A DNA stretch of 64,000 nucleotides from Myxococcota bacterium (GTDB lineage Bacteria > Myxococcota_A > SURF-8). Shown piece after piece: positions 20,201 through 28,953 of this stretch. Location of the stretch: positions 4,768,001-4,832,000 of the forward strand of contig OZ223209.1 in NCBI GenBank assembly GCA_965140415.1, written 5' to 3'. Made by a program: the position numbers and the translations under genes. How positions within the stretch are numbered: the stretch's first letter is position 1; each line of letters starts with the position of its first letter. The notes below the pieces were generated by a model that was not told where the DNA came from, searched no databases, and saw only the letters and a program-made list of their open reading frames with translations.

Positions 20201-22042
20201 ACTGATCCAATGCAGATTGGATAATACCAGCGGAATCAAGCCAAGATTGCTGACGACATAATCCACACTGGCCATTTCACCCAGCGTGACGTCGCCGAAG
20301 TCATAGTCGGTTTCCGCCGGAGATAGTTGCAGGTGCGGCAACGAACCGATTCCCAATACCTGAACGCCGTATTCCGGGAAAATCGGATCGTCGGTCGTGA
20401 AAACGAGCTGAGCTTCATAGGCTCGTTCTTCAGTCGGTGCAAAACCGATTTGGAACGGGATGGTTTCTCCCGTTTGGATAGTGAATGGCGTCACGATGCC
20501 ACTGGCCGAGAATTCCGTTTCGCCATCGTAACGGACGCTTTGAATCAACACCGGCTGATTGCCGCCATTGATCAGCGAAAATTGCAGTGTATCCGAATCG
20601 TTAACCGCCACCGCGCCAAAATCCAGCACATCGGGAAGCGTGTACAACTCGAAATTCGTTCCCGTACCATCCAACGGAATGGAAATCTGGGAACCTTCCG
20701 CAGCATTGGAATAAATCACCAGGTTGCCATCTTGGCTGTTCAAGCTTGTAGGAGCGAAGGTCACCGTAATCACGACAGGCTCCGTCTCCGGCTCAAGAAC
20801 CAGATCCCCGTCATCGAATAGAGTACCAAGTTGCACAGTGAAGTCGCTTGAAGTACTAGAGTCCATTTCGATACGCCGAATCGTTACAGGGAACAACCCG
20901 GTTGCAGAAAGTGAAATCTCTTTCGTTGAATCGTGATTGAGTTTGACCGTACCGAAATGCAGGACATCCGGTGTAATAGTAAGATGCTTGCTGCCGCCGA
21001 TGCCGCTTAAATCAATCGCAAGAGGACTCATGATGGAGGCCGCGTTGTGACTCAACTTCAGTTCTCCACTGAACTCGCCTTCGCTGAACGGATCGAATTC
21101 CACTTCGATCTCGGCAGATTCTCCGGTTCGGATGTACAGCTTATTGGGAACATCCACACCCAATGCGAATACCCCTTCTTCGGGCGTAATCGTCAGATCC
21201 GAGATTTCCAAGACGTTCATATCGCCTTCGATCTGTTCATCGTTGTAGCAGGTCAACACCAGACTGGCCGGGTTATCCAGCACATCGACAGTCCCGAAGT
21301 CCAGTGATTCCGCATCGCAACGCAGTTGCGGTTGACCGCTCTGCACCGACTGCACCCGTACGCGCGCTTCAGCCTGATCGACGGCATTGGATTCGATTAC
21401 AACTTCATTGCTGTCCGCTCCGTTGTTCGATTGCAGGTAACGAATGGACAGGGCGTAGCTGTCACCAGAGGGAAGAGTAAAGGGAAAGCTGGTCGGCGGG
21501 TTGACGATTGTGAAATCGCCGCCCTCATAGGCCAGAGAAATGGAGGAAATAACGAGATCTCCCTCTCCGGTTGACTCGATCAACAGATCCTTGGAAAGCG
21601 ATTCGTCTCTAAGCAATGGCGGAAAATCCACCGATTCAGGCACCTGCATCGCGGCTTCCAGAATGACATCGGGTTCCTGTTCCAGATCGCCATCGATCAC
21701 GATATCCGGTTCGACGTCTTCATCCGCCGGAGAATCCAGATCCGTATCTCCGCTTAGGTCCGGGTCTCCGTCCACAATTTGATCGCCATCCGAAGACGGA
21801 TCGTTCATGCAATAGCCATCCAAGCAGCGCATCCCTTCGGGGCAGTCTTCATCCTCAGTGCAAGCATCGGCAGCCACACAGATATTCGACTGGCAGCGAA
21901 AGCCAAGATCGCATTCCGCATCCGTTTCACAGGGAGTTTCGGTTTCCGAAACGCCGCCATCCGAGCAACTCCACATTGCCAGCAAGAAAAACAGTAAAAG
22001 CCCAAACAACTTGAACGAAACACAACCGGATTGCCTAGTCAT
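17282..22042 (-). CDS. 1586-aa surface lipoprotein: Cys knots, six Ig-like (choice-of-anchor D/ASH-like) domains, 12 Cys-rich [HNC]CGxC-type repeats
   Basis: MWSC lipobox-like site; six [LY]DFG-type domain starts with F.P and L.G.G ends; repeated HCGxC..C..G.C....C..G..DC..GCE units. Confidence 0.8.
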   Translation of the reverse strand: MTRQSGCVSFKLFGLLLFFLLAMWSCSDGGVSETETPCETDAECDLGFRCQSNICVAADACTEDEDCPEGMRCLDGYCMNDPSSDGDQIVDGDPDLSGDTDLDSPADEDVEPDIVIDGDLEQEPDVILEAAMQVPESVDFPPLLRDESLSKDLLIESTGEGDLVISSISLAYEGGDFTIVNPPTSFPFTLPSGDSYALSIRYLQSNNGADSNEVVIESNAVDQAEARVRVQSVQSGQPQLRCDAESLDFGTVDVLDNPASLVLTCYNDEQIEGDMNVLEISDLTITPEEGVFALGVDVPNKLYIRTGESAEIEVEFDPFSEGEFSGELKLSHNAASIMSPLAIDLSGIGGSKHLTITPDVLHFGTVKLNHDSTKEISLSATGLFPVTIRRIEMDSSTSSDFTVQLGTLFDDGDLVLEPETEPVVITVTFAPTSLNSQDGNLVIYSNAAEGSQISIPLDGTGTNFELYTLPDVLDFGAVAVNDSDTLQFSLINGGNQPVLIQSVRYDGETEFSASGIVTPFTIQTGETIPFQIGFAPTEERAYEAQLVFTTDDPIFPEYGVQVLGIGSLPHLQLSPAETDYDFGDVTLGEMASVDYVVSNLGLIPLVLSNLHWISTALDPNAVISMQYTGSMELGPEDTGILSFYFTSPTGAVPGGFPSSATREFGFSTNDQFMSSMELTLTGRMVDPYVEIIPAGPVYDFGNQRPGYESLKEISITNGGSGTLAINGISFTSGSSANFSFIDLPTAFPVLVGDESGAQSELTFTIRFYSDVMGQSQGILRILNDGYIDQDMQISLLGQVSNCDVGTHNCDGTCVSDSDVNHCGSLCEPCYEPEHSVAYCEPFSQVYRCNFECQGHYTEGNGYCVPVNEPDCCGDACDNCTVSLPEHAVGLCDNGVCDYGCEAGYHRSGADCVVNDTADCCGDLCLDCPAKPNADPACVQGVCSYVCQSPYDDCNGQAYDGCEINLDENIMHCGECRNICEVAYGWPMCDEGECAVESCNFGRGDCNDSYSDGCETNTFTSALHCGECRNSCAVDNGTSICNNGVCKITSCEYPWGNCDDDFTTGCGDYVADDPENCGICNYACEYTHAQGVCTDGSCSMGLCDEGYKDCQSTNGCETDIYNDINNCGDCNSVCSILYGVGQCVQGDCQVLSCDQGRGHCDDNIANGCETLTNTDPQHCGSCEVSCDYDNATGHCTAGHCWMGACDGTYQDCNLDDSDGCEADLQTDMDHCGLCNDPCENFEHRSGAVCSSGDCTQGPCDEGWDNCDGIADSSCETDIYNNVTHCGGCLQECELDFVVDHVCVDGECDVAEDGCLTGYDNCNGVAEDGCEVNLMGDPHHCGGCDISCWDLNPGEHVDQYLCVGGECLVGTCENGWGNCDEQEYNGCEHDVSSDVDNCGSCGHSCNLPGGTAECNGGVCDSNCVDGHADCDLQSGNGCEVDLTVPGFDCAHAVQLQNIEGGSEIRGDAGSDVSEIVTGVGEMWYKVRIREGSGWCTYLSAWAILSVPPGMNYTLEARKGSCAATPITAAQGTGLNEVVKFCEDDDYFSDDDFDVYLHIDFTSGNQCSEWSLQVAGNQSVSGCDCNIFK

Positions 22043-22214
22043 CGGAAACCTCTTTTTCGGTACGGGATAATCGCCGAATTATCGAAGCAGGGTCGAGATG
22101 GACCCACTTCCTTATAATGATTTTCTAGTATAAATTGGAGAGATCTAAAAGCCAAGGGAAGTTCGCCACAAAAACGAGCTTTTCGCAAGTAAAGAAAAGG
22201 ATATCTTTACATGG

Positions 22215-22241
22215 AAAAACCCGGCATGAAGCCGGGTTTTT
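22215..22241. terminator. Bidirectional-type intrinsic terminator after OmpA-family gene
   Basis: AAAAACCCGGC-ATGAA-GCCGGGTTTTT. Confidence 0.75.
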
Positions 22242-22267
22242 CAGGGATCACAGGAATCTGGCCATTC

Positions 22268-23374
22268 TTACTTGGTGATATTGAACTCCACGCGACGATT
22301 GCGCGCCCGTCCCGCACGGGTACGGTTGGTGTCGATCGGTTTGGTTTCGCCATATCCAACGGCTTTCAGGCGTTCCGCTTCCACGCCGCCCTTCTTGATC
22401 AGGTAATCGCGGACCGAATTGGCGCGTTTGTCGGAGAGGCGCATATTCAGCGCATCCGAGCCGTTGCTGTCGGTATGACCGGCGATTTCGACCTTCAACG
22501 TGGGATGCTCTTTCAGCGCCAAGGCGACTTCGTTAAGCAGCGGATAGCTCTTGGACAGAATCTTGGCTTTACCCGTAGCAAAGAAGATCGTCTGTTTCAA
22601 CTCGATCGCCTGATCGGTAACTTGAATCAGTTTGTAAGCCGTTTCTTCGGGGCAACCGTCTTCATCGTCGATACCATTGAAGGTTTCCGCCTTATTGGGA
22701 CACTTGTCGTCCGGGTCCAGGATACCGTCCTGGTCGTTATCCGGATCGGGGCAGCCGTCTTCGTCCTGGAAGTCATCTTTATCTTCCGGCTCCAACGGGC
22801 ACTGATCGTCCGTATCGAGGATGCCGTCTTCATCGTTATCCGGGTCGGGGCAGCCGTCTTCGTCCTGGAATTCGTCTTTATCTTCCGGCTCATCCGGACA
22901 CTTGTCGTCCTCGTCGAGCAGACCGTCCTGATCGTTATCCGGATCGGGGCAACCGTCTTCATCCTGGAAGCCATCTTTGTCCTCGGGATCGTCCGGGCAT
23001 TGATCGTTATCGTCCAGAATGCCGTCCTTATCGCGGTCGGGCGGTTCGCAGGCGAGCGCTTTACGATAAGCGATGGCGATCTGTTCGCGGCTTTTAGCCA
23101 GATGTTCACGCACTTTCGGGTAATCACCCTGTTCGATCTCGGAAAGGGCAAAGGCGCGCTGGGATTCAGCGATAGCCAATTCTTTCATGCCGCAGATCGG
23201 CCCGCCCAGTTCCTTGACTTCTTTCTGCTTGTTGCGCGTTTTCTTGGCATCGGCCTTGATCTGGTCAGCCGCATCCATCATCTGCTGTTTGGCGACGCAG
23301 CCGGAGGCCAGCACGCCGAACAGAAAAACGGCCATCACCATCATGACCACTGCTATCGTACTCAACCGTTTCAT
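22268..23374 (-). CDS. OmpA-family lipoprotein with DUF4398-like helix and four thrombospondin type-3-like repeats
   Basis: ASGC lipobox; four 33-aa D.D.DG..D..D.CP..ED.D...DEDGCP units; GHTDS, NMRLSDKRA, GYGE, NRRVEF. Confidence 0.9.
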   Translation of the reverse strand: MKRLSTIAVVMMVMAVFLFGVLASGCVAKQQMMDAADQIKADAKKTRNKQKEVKELGGPICGMKELAIAESQRAFALSEIEQGDYPKVREHLAKSREQIAIAYRKALACEPPDRDKDGILDDNDQCPDDPEDKDGFQDEDGCPDPDNDQDGLLDEDDKCPDEPEDKDEFQDEDGCPDPDNDEDGILDTDDQCPLEPEDKDDFQDEDGCPDPDNDQDGILDPDDKCPNKAETFNGIDDEDGCPEETAYKLIQVTDQAIELKQTIFFATGKAKILSKSYPLLNEVALALKEHPTLKVEIAGHTDSNGSDALNMRLSDKRANSVRDYLIKKGGVEAERLKAVGYGETKPIDTNRTRAGRARNRRVEFNITK

Positions 23375-23409
23375 GTAACCGCCTTGGGCCTCGTGGTTAG
23401 AGCTTGGAC

Positions 23410-23820
23410 TTAATCTTCCCTGAACATGCTGTCACTGCCGCTCTTCTTCTTTTTCCCGGAACGGGTTTTCTTGCTTTTCTTCTCCGATTGATCTTCTTCG
23501 GGATCGTAAACGCGAGTGCGTCCCTTTGCCGCTTTGGCATTCGCTTTCTGGGCCAGATCAAGCGCCTTCTGGGCGAAACGCTCCGATTCCATAAAATCGG
23601 AATGACCGTGCTCGTCTTTGGCTTTATACAGATATTGCTGGGCTGCGTAATAATAGTACACAGACGCCACCTTATCCGCCGCTTCCTGCTCTTCAGCCGC
23701 TTTCAGTTCTTTTTCGGCATCCTGAATGACCAGAATCGACTTGATCGGACCGCAGCCCATCAGGATTATCGCCGAAAGAAACAAGCAGCCGATTATAGTT
23801 GCTGTTCGCACGAGTGTCAC
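23410..23820 (-). CDS. DUF4398-like helical lipoprotein
   Basis: LMGC lipobox; Ala-rich helix with YYYYAAQQYLYKA; typical position upstream of an OmpA-family gene. Confidence 0.65.
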   Translation of the reverse strand: MTLVRTATIIGCLFLSAIILMGCGPIKSILVIQDAEKELKAAEEQEAADKVASVYYYYAAQQYLYKAKDEHGHSDFMESERFAQKALDLAQKANAKAAKGRTRVYDPEEDQSEKKSKKTRSGKKKKSGSDSMFRED

Positions 23821-23964
23821 TCCCTGTAATTTACTTTGTTCATTCAGGAAACTCGATCAAACGCTATCAAACAGACGCCCAATAGTCAAGTATTAGAACG
23901 GATCGCAATAGTATGAACCGTACATCTTAAAGGAATTCTCCTGGAATGTACGGGCCGGAAACAA

Positions 23965-25170
23965 TCAGAGCTTTCCTTCCAGCCGTTCAAAAATCTCAGG
24001 TGGTACGTCATGTCCAAGCTTGGACGCAATCGTCATGTGTTCGTTCGAGTTCTCCCAGTCCGACAAAGACAGATACAACAAACCGACTTCATAATGGAGT
24101 TCGGCGTTGATTGGGTTGGAATGAATGGAGGTTTCCACCTCTTCGATGCGACGGATGATTTCGGCCTCTATCGGAACATCCTCCGACGTCTTGACGATTA
24201 CGTAGCCGGATTCGATGTACGTCAGCATCGTGTCGCGGCGATCATCGTTGAAATGCATGAATTTGACGCCCACGCCCATTGCATTACCGGCGGAATTCTG
24301 TTCGATGCGTCGAACTTCCGCGTCCAATGCAAACTCGACGTGAGTCCAGGGATGTACGATAACGACCTTGATCTTGTCGCCTGCCGAATAGGATCCCATG
24401 GTTTTAATGAACATGCCGCCCAGACTGATGTCGCGTGTCAACAAATCGCGCATGGTATCCACGTCCCGAATGCGAACCATAAAGGACACCGGCTTACGCG
24501 GGTATTCCCGACGTTCATCTTCCGCATTCGCATTGACTTCTTCGATTTCGATCGGTTCCAAATCAGCGATATCGCTGGCCAGGTCTTCTACGGAAAACGA
24601 ACCGCTCTGTTCATATTCCGCGAAATCCGAGGAGATATCCTGAACCGCAACATCTTCAATCGGTTCTTCCTCGATATCGATGATTTCCTCATCCTCAGAG
24701 GACAGTTCATCAAGAGTATCCAGCCCTTCCAACTCCTCCAACTCTTCTTCACCGATGGTGTAAACGCTGGAGTCTTTTTCCGCTTCCACTTTCGCTTTCT
24801 TGGTTTTGGCGCTGGGAGGGGGAACGTATTTTCCGGTACGAATCGATTCAACAAAGGCTTCCCATTTGCCGCGCGCTTCATCGGGCATGGAAAAGAACTT
24901 CACACCCATACCCGGTCGCCCGTCACCCCGGTTGCTGTCGCCGACGGGGTCCGACCACATCACCTGCGCCAAGACTTCAATACTGTCTGCATGTTCGGGA
25001 AATTCGATGACGAGCTGAATCAACTGCCGTTTGGGTCTGGGATCGGGCAAAACCAGAAATAATCCATATTTACTGATATTGCCGGTTTCCAGCAAATGGG
25101 TTCCCTTACGGTCTTTGAGGTGTACGTTTACCGTTAGATCGTAACGCTCATATTTGCGGTTATTCTGCAT
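23965..25170 (-). CDS. Double PilZ-domain protein with acidic linker and C-terminal TPR-like helix
   Basis: RKYER + NISKYGLF and REYPR + DISLGGMF; NPINAELHYEVGLLY. Confidence 0.85.
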   Translation of the reverse strand: MQNNRKYERYDLTVNVHLKDRKGTHLLETGNISKYGLFLVLPDPRPKRQLIQLVIEFPEHADSIEVLAQVMWSDPVGDSNRGDGRPGMGVKFFSMPDEARGKWEAFVESIRTGKYVPPPSAKTKKAKVEAEKDSSVYTIGEEELEELEGLDTLDELSSEDEEIIDIEEEPIEDVAVQDISSDFAEYEQSGSFSVEDLASDIADLEPIEIEEVNANAEDERREYPRKPVSFMVRIRDVDTMRDLLTRDISLGGMFIKTMGSYSAGDKIKVVIVHPWTHVEFALDAEVRRIEQNSAGNAMGVGVKFMHFNDDRRDTMLTYIESGYVIVKTSEDVPIEAEIIRRIEEVETSIHSNPINAELHYEVGLLYLSLSDWENSNEHMTIASKLGHDVPPEIFERLEGKL

Positions 25171-25364
25171 ACATCACCCCTTTAAGTACAGTCTACCTAC
25201 GCCCGCTAACGGGAATTATGTCCTATTTACCACAGGATGCACCAGTTTCGCAAGCAATATCGATTCGTTGAACCCAAGATCCCTTTGAAATCTCCATAAG
25301 CCGCCCCTAGTTATGATGGAGGAAAAAGTGCCCTCTAAAACGAACAAAATCCTGCGGCTTTTTC

Positions 25365-25393
25365 TTGACAAAGCTAGAAACACTGGATACTAT
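25365..25393 (+). promoter_or_regulatory. Sigma70 promoter of tRNA-Met
   Basis: TTGACA-17 bp-TACTAT, 23 bp upstream of the tRNA. Confidence 0.8.
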
Positions 25394-25416
25394 CGCGACC
25401 CTCGAAGCTGGGCTCT

Positions 25417-25493
25417 GGCGGAGTAGCTCAGGAGGTTAGAGCATGCGGCTCATATCCGCAGTGTCGGGGGTTCAAGTCCCTCCTCCGCTACCA
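25417..25493 (+). tRNA. tRNA-Met (CAT), probably elongator
   Basis: Cloverleaf with GGCGGAG/CTCCGCT acceptor, TGCGG-CTCATAT-CCGCA anticodon arm, GTTCAAG T-loop, encoded CCA; lacks initiator features. Confidence 0.95.
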
Positions 25494-25499
25494 GATATC

Positions 25500-25529
25500 A
25501 AGGGCTTGAAGGGTGACCTTCAAGCCCTT
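25500..25529 (+). terminator. Terminator hairpin after tRNA
   Basis: AAGGGCTTGAAGG-GTGA-CCTTCAAGCCCTT. Confidence 0.75.
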
Positions 25530-25631
25530 CGTTCTGTTTAGCCCTTGCGTTCGCATCCATACGAACGCCGCTTGATGTAAGCGAATTTTCCCCATAACGG
25601 ATAATGGACCCCTAACGCCGGGCAACCGACG

Positions 25632-27599
25632 ATGATTCATGTAAACAACCTATCATTAAGTTTCGGTCCTCAGGACATTTTTCGGGAAGTCAACTGGCAC
25701 GTCGGCCCTACCGACCGCGTGGGTCTGATCGGCAATAACGGCTCGGGCAAAACAACGCTCATGCGCCTGATCGCCGGTGAGATCGAACCGGACGAAGGCA
25801 TGGTTTCCTGCGCCAAGCACACTTCTTTCGCCTATCTGCCGCAGTATGGCGTGGTGCATGGCAATCGCACGCTCTACGAGGAAGCCAGTTCGGTTTTCAC
25901 CGATGTCAAAGCCTTACAGGAGGAAGAAACTCAAATCCTGGCCGATCTGCACACCTTGGACGACCAATCCGCCCAATACCGGGATCAGGCAATGCGACTG
26001 GGAGAGATCCAGGATCGCATCCGCTTTTACGACGGCTACGCGATGGAGGAGAAAGTCGAGAAAGTGCTGACCGGTCTCGGCTTCAACCGTGAGCAGTTCA
26101 CACGCCACTGCGACGAATATTCGGGTGGCTGGCAGATGCGCGTGGCGCTGGCTAAGGTACTGCTCAAGCAACCGAACATGTTGCTGCTGGACGAACCGAC
26201 CAACTATCTGGATATCGAGGCGCGTGTTTTCTTGCAGGAGTGGTTGAAAAACTATCCCCATGCCATTTTGCTGGTCAGCCACGACCGTTTTTTCCTGGAT
26301 CAGGTCATCACGCGCATTACCGATGTCTACAACAACAAGTTGACCGATTACCACTGTAATTACAGTGACTACCTGGTGCAGCGCGAGGAGCGCGATCGAC
26401 AGCTGCGTGAGAAAGCCGACCAGATCGAAGAGGAACGCAAGCGTCTTCAAAGCTGGATCGACCGGTTCCGTTACAATGCGAAAAAAGCTCCAATGGTGCA
26501 GTCGCGCGTCAAGCAGTTGGAAAAACTGGAGAAAATAGAAATCCCGCCGGTGCGGCGTAAGATTCACTTCAATTTCCCACAGCCGGAACGGTCTGGAAAA
26601 GTCGTATTGGAAGCGGAAAACCTGGCTGCCGGTTACGGCGACGGACCCGACATTTTCAGCGATATCAATTTCCAGTTGGTGCGAGGCGAAAAGGTCGCCC
26701 TGGTCGGCGTCAACGGCGCGGGAAAAACCACCTTGATCAAGGTGCTGGCCGGATTGCTGGAAAATCGCCGTGGAGCGGCCCGGTTAGGCCACAATGTCAG
26801 CTTCGACTACTTCGCCCAGGATGTCCACAAGCAACTGGACCCAACTGTCACCGTTTACCAAACGCTGGAAAGGCCCTGCCCCTTCGATCTCGTACCGCAG
26901 TTGCGTAAATTGCTGGGAGCGTTTCTCTTTAGCGGGGAAGACATCGACAAGAAGGTATCCGTCCTTTCCGGTGGCGAGCGAAACCGGCTGGCCTTGGCGC
27001 GTATGCTGCTGGTGCCCTCCAATCTATTGTTGATGGATGAACCTACCAACCATCTGGACCTGGACGCCAAGGAAGTGCTGCTCACCGCGTTGAAAAAGTT
27101 TGACGGCACCGTGCTGTTCGTCAGCCACGACCGCTACTTCCTGGACCACCTGACCACCAAGGTGTACTCGCTGGAAAACGGTGAATGCAACGTTTTCCCC
27201 GGAGGATATGCCGACTTCCTGTACTACCGCGAACGGCATTTGTCTCAGAATCCCGTTCAACCGACGGAAGAGGAACTGAAGGAAGAAGCGAAGCAGTCGG
27301 CTCGCATGGACGCCAAAGAGGAGCGCGTCCGCAAGTGGAAAGAAGAAAAGAACCGCAAGCGGGAAATCGAACGACTCACCAAGCAGACCGCCGAACTGGA
27401 AGAAGAGGTTTTTTCTTTAGAGAGCAAGGCGGAAACCCTGGTAACGGAAATGGCCGATCCGAAATACTCCACCAATTTCGCGGAACTGGATAAGCTGGTT
27501 GTGAAAAAGGAAAAGCTGGACACCAAGATCGAAAAGGTCACCCGCCAATGGGAAGAATCCGCCAGCCGCCTGGAAGAACTGCAAGCGGAAGAAGAGTAA
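25632..27599 (+). CDS. ABC-F family ATPase
   Basis: Two ABC cassettes (GNNGSGKT, SGGWQMR, DEPTN; GVNGAGKT, LSGGE, DEPTNHLD), no TM, C-terminal coiled coil. Confidence 0.95.
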   Translation: MIHVNNLSLSFGPQDIFREVNWHVGPTDRVGLIGNNGSGKTTLMRLIAGEIEPDEGMVSCAKHTSFAYLPQYGVVHGNRTLYEEASSVFTDVKALQEEETQILADLHTLDDQSAQYRDQAMRLGEIQDRIRFYDGYAMEEKVEKVLTGLGFNREQFTRHCDEYSGGWQMRVALAKVLLKQPNMLLLDEPTNYLDIEARVFLQEWLKNYPHAILLVSHDRFFLDQVITRITDVYNNKLTDYHCNYSDYLVQREERDRQLREKADQIEEERKRLQSWIDRFRYNAKKAPMVQSRVKQLEKLEKIEIPPVRRKIHFNFPQPERSGKVVLEAENLAAGYGDGPDIFSDINFQLVRGEKVALVGVNGAGKTTLIKVLAGLLENRRGAARLGHNVSFDYFAQDVHKQLDPTVTVYQTLERPCPFDLVPQLRKLLGAFLFSGEDIDKKVSVLSGGERNRLALARMLLVPSNLLLMDEPTNHLDLDAKEVLLTALKKFDGTVLFVSHDRYFLDHLTTKVYSLENGECNVFPGGYADFLYYRERHLSQNPVQPTEEELKEEAKQSARMDAKEERVRKWKEEKNRKREIERLTKQTAELEEEVFSLESKAETLVTEMADPKYSTNFAELDKLVVKKEKLDTKIEKVTRQWEESASRLEELQAEEE

Positions 27600-27758
27600 A
27601 ACGTTTCCAGAGCAGGAAGTGTTTTACCCCCAAAAAAGCAACAAAAAAAAAACGTTGAAGCAGCGATTGTCCCCGTGATTTCCCGCTATCTATTGACGAA
27701 GACAGGTGATTGAGGTATTCAAAAGACTGTTGCGTCAAGTTAACGGGAGGTGCTTACC

Positions 27759-28832
27759 GTGATCGTCATCAGCAAGAACAGCCGGACATTGCAAGTAATG
27801 CTTTTTACTTTGGTTGCGTTTTGTTTGATTCCGCTCCATGCCATGGCCGCAAACTGGGGCTATTCCGGAAGCAAGCCGGTTACCGAAGACGATCACCTCC
27901 TTCACATGCAGGACTCCATGTATTACATGGAGCAGTGGAGTGCTTCAACCTACTTCGGCAAAGACCACAGTCTGCATGTCAATCTGATCTATTCCAAAAT
28001 GACCACGAAATCGAAAAAAGGGGTTTTCCGTGTGGAATATAACACGCCGGACGGAAAGCAGATTGTCGATAACGAACGCTGCGAGTTGAAAATCACGCAA
28101 AATCCACTTACTTTCAGTTGCGGCAAAGGCAAAATCATCGGTCCGATGTCCGATCTCGCCATTGTATGGAAAGGCGACAAACTTCCCGTGTTGATGAAGT
28201 TGAAAGCTTTGGCTCCCCCCTTCAGACCGGGCAATGGTCGTTTGACTTCACCGGACGATTCCGACGACTTCTACGACTTCATGCTCTCCGTTCCGCGAGC
28301 CAAGACCGTCGCCAAACTCAAAGGCGAAGTACTTCGAGGTTATTCGATGGTCGATCACAGCTACACGAATATCGGCTTGCATAAAATCTCCCGCCATTTC
28401 GTGCGCAGCACCAATATCGACAACGACATTTCCGTGATCTTCGCCGCCAACTGGTTAAAAGACGGGCGTTATGCAGGCTGGATCTCCATTACGGATAACC
28501 AGGGGCATTCCTTTTCCACTACGGATCTTACGTTCACGTTTTCCGATTTGTGGAACGATCCGGATAAAGCCGGTTATTTCGCCCCCAAAAGCATCGCGAT
28601 TGAAAGCAAGGGGCAAACGCCATTCAGTTTGAAATTGAAGAATATGAACTTCGTGCGAAAGAAAGACATGTTATCGAATTTGAGCAAGCTGGAATCTTTC
28701 GTCGTGCGCCGCTTTTCAGATCCGATGCGCTACAACTTCTCCGGTCTGGCAGATATCGTATGGAAACCGGAAGATAAGGCCGTTACACTACAGCGCAGCT
28801 TGTGGCTATCCATCAAACAACTGAACAAGTGA
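27759..28832 (+). CDS. Secreted beta-rich protein, possibly Svf1/AttH-like lipocalin fold
   Basis: Signal peptide ending AMA; GGGAGG before GTG 27759; fold call from remembered motif resemblance only. Confidence 0.5.
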   Translation: MIVISKNSRTLQVMLFTLVAFCLIPLHAMAANWGYSGSKPVTEDDHLLHMQDSMYYMEQWSASTYFGKDHSLHVNLIYSKMTTKSKKGVFRVEYNTPDGKQIVDNERCELKITQNPLTFSCGKGKIIGPMSDLAIVWKGDKLPVLMKLKALAPPFRPGNGRLTSPDDSDDFYDFMLSVPRAKTVAKLKGEVLRGYSMVDHSYTNIGLHKISRHFVRSTNIDNDISVIFAANWLKDGRYAGWISITDNQGHSFSTTDLTFTFSDLWNDPDKAGYFAPKSIAIESKGQTPFSLKLKNMNFVRKKDMLSNLSKLESFVVRRFSDPMRYNFSGLADIVWKPEDKAVTLQRSLWLSIKQLNK

Positions 28833-28884
28833 TACCCGTCCCGTTGCCTTAAACTGGTTCTTATTTGATTTTAGGGATGCTTAT

Positions 28885-28948
28885 GCCATTCCCGCGAAGG
28901 CAAACAATCCAGTTTCTTGAATGGATTCAATGGATTCCCCACCTGCTC
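28885..28948. repeat. Degenerate REP-like dimer (GTCATTCCCGCGAA.GC..AATCCAG type)
   Basis: GCCATTCCCGCGAAGGCAAACAATCCAG..TGGATTCCCC between convergent genes; 14/15 match to reverse complement of 62444-62458. Confidence 0.5.
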
Positions 28949-28953
28949 TGGTT

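Noticed and set aside
17282-23374. TraA/TraB kin-recognition pair
   Set aside because: No PA14-like domain or MYXO-CTERM on the Cys-rich protein, no beta-barrel on the OmpA protein, and a terminator separates them
25417-25632. tRNA-anchored genomic island
   Set aside because: No integrase and no duplicated tRNA 3' end seen; tRNA is followed by a terminator and a housekeeping gene
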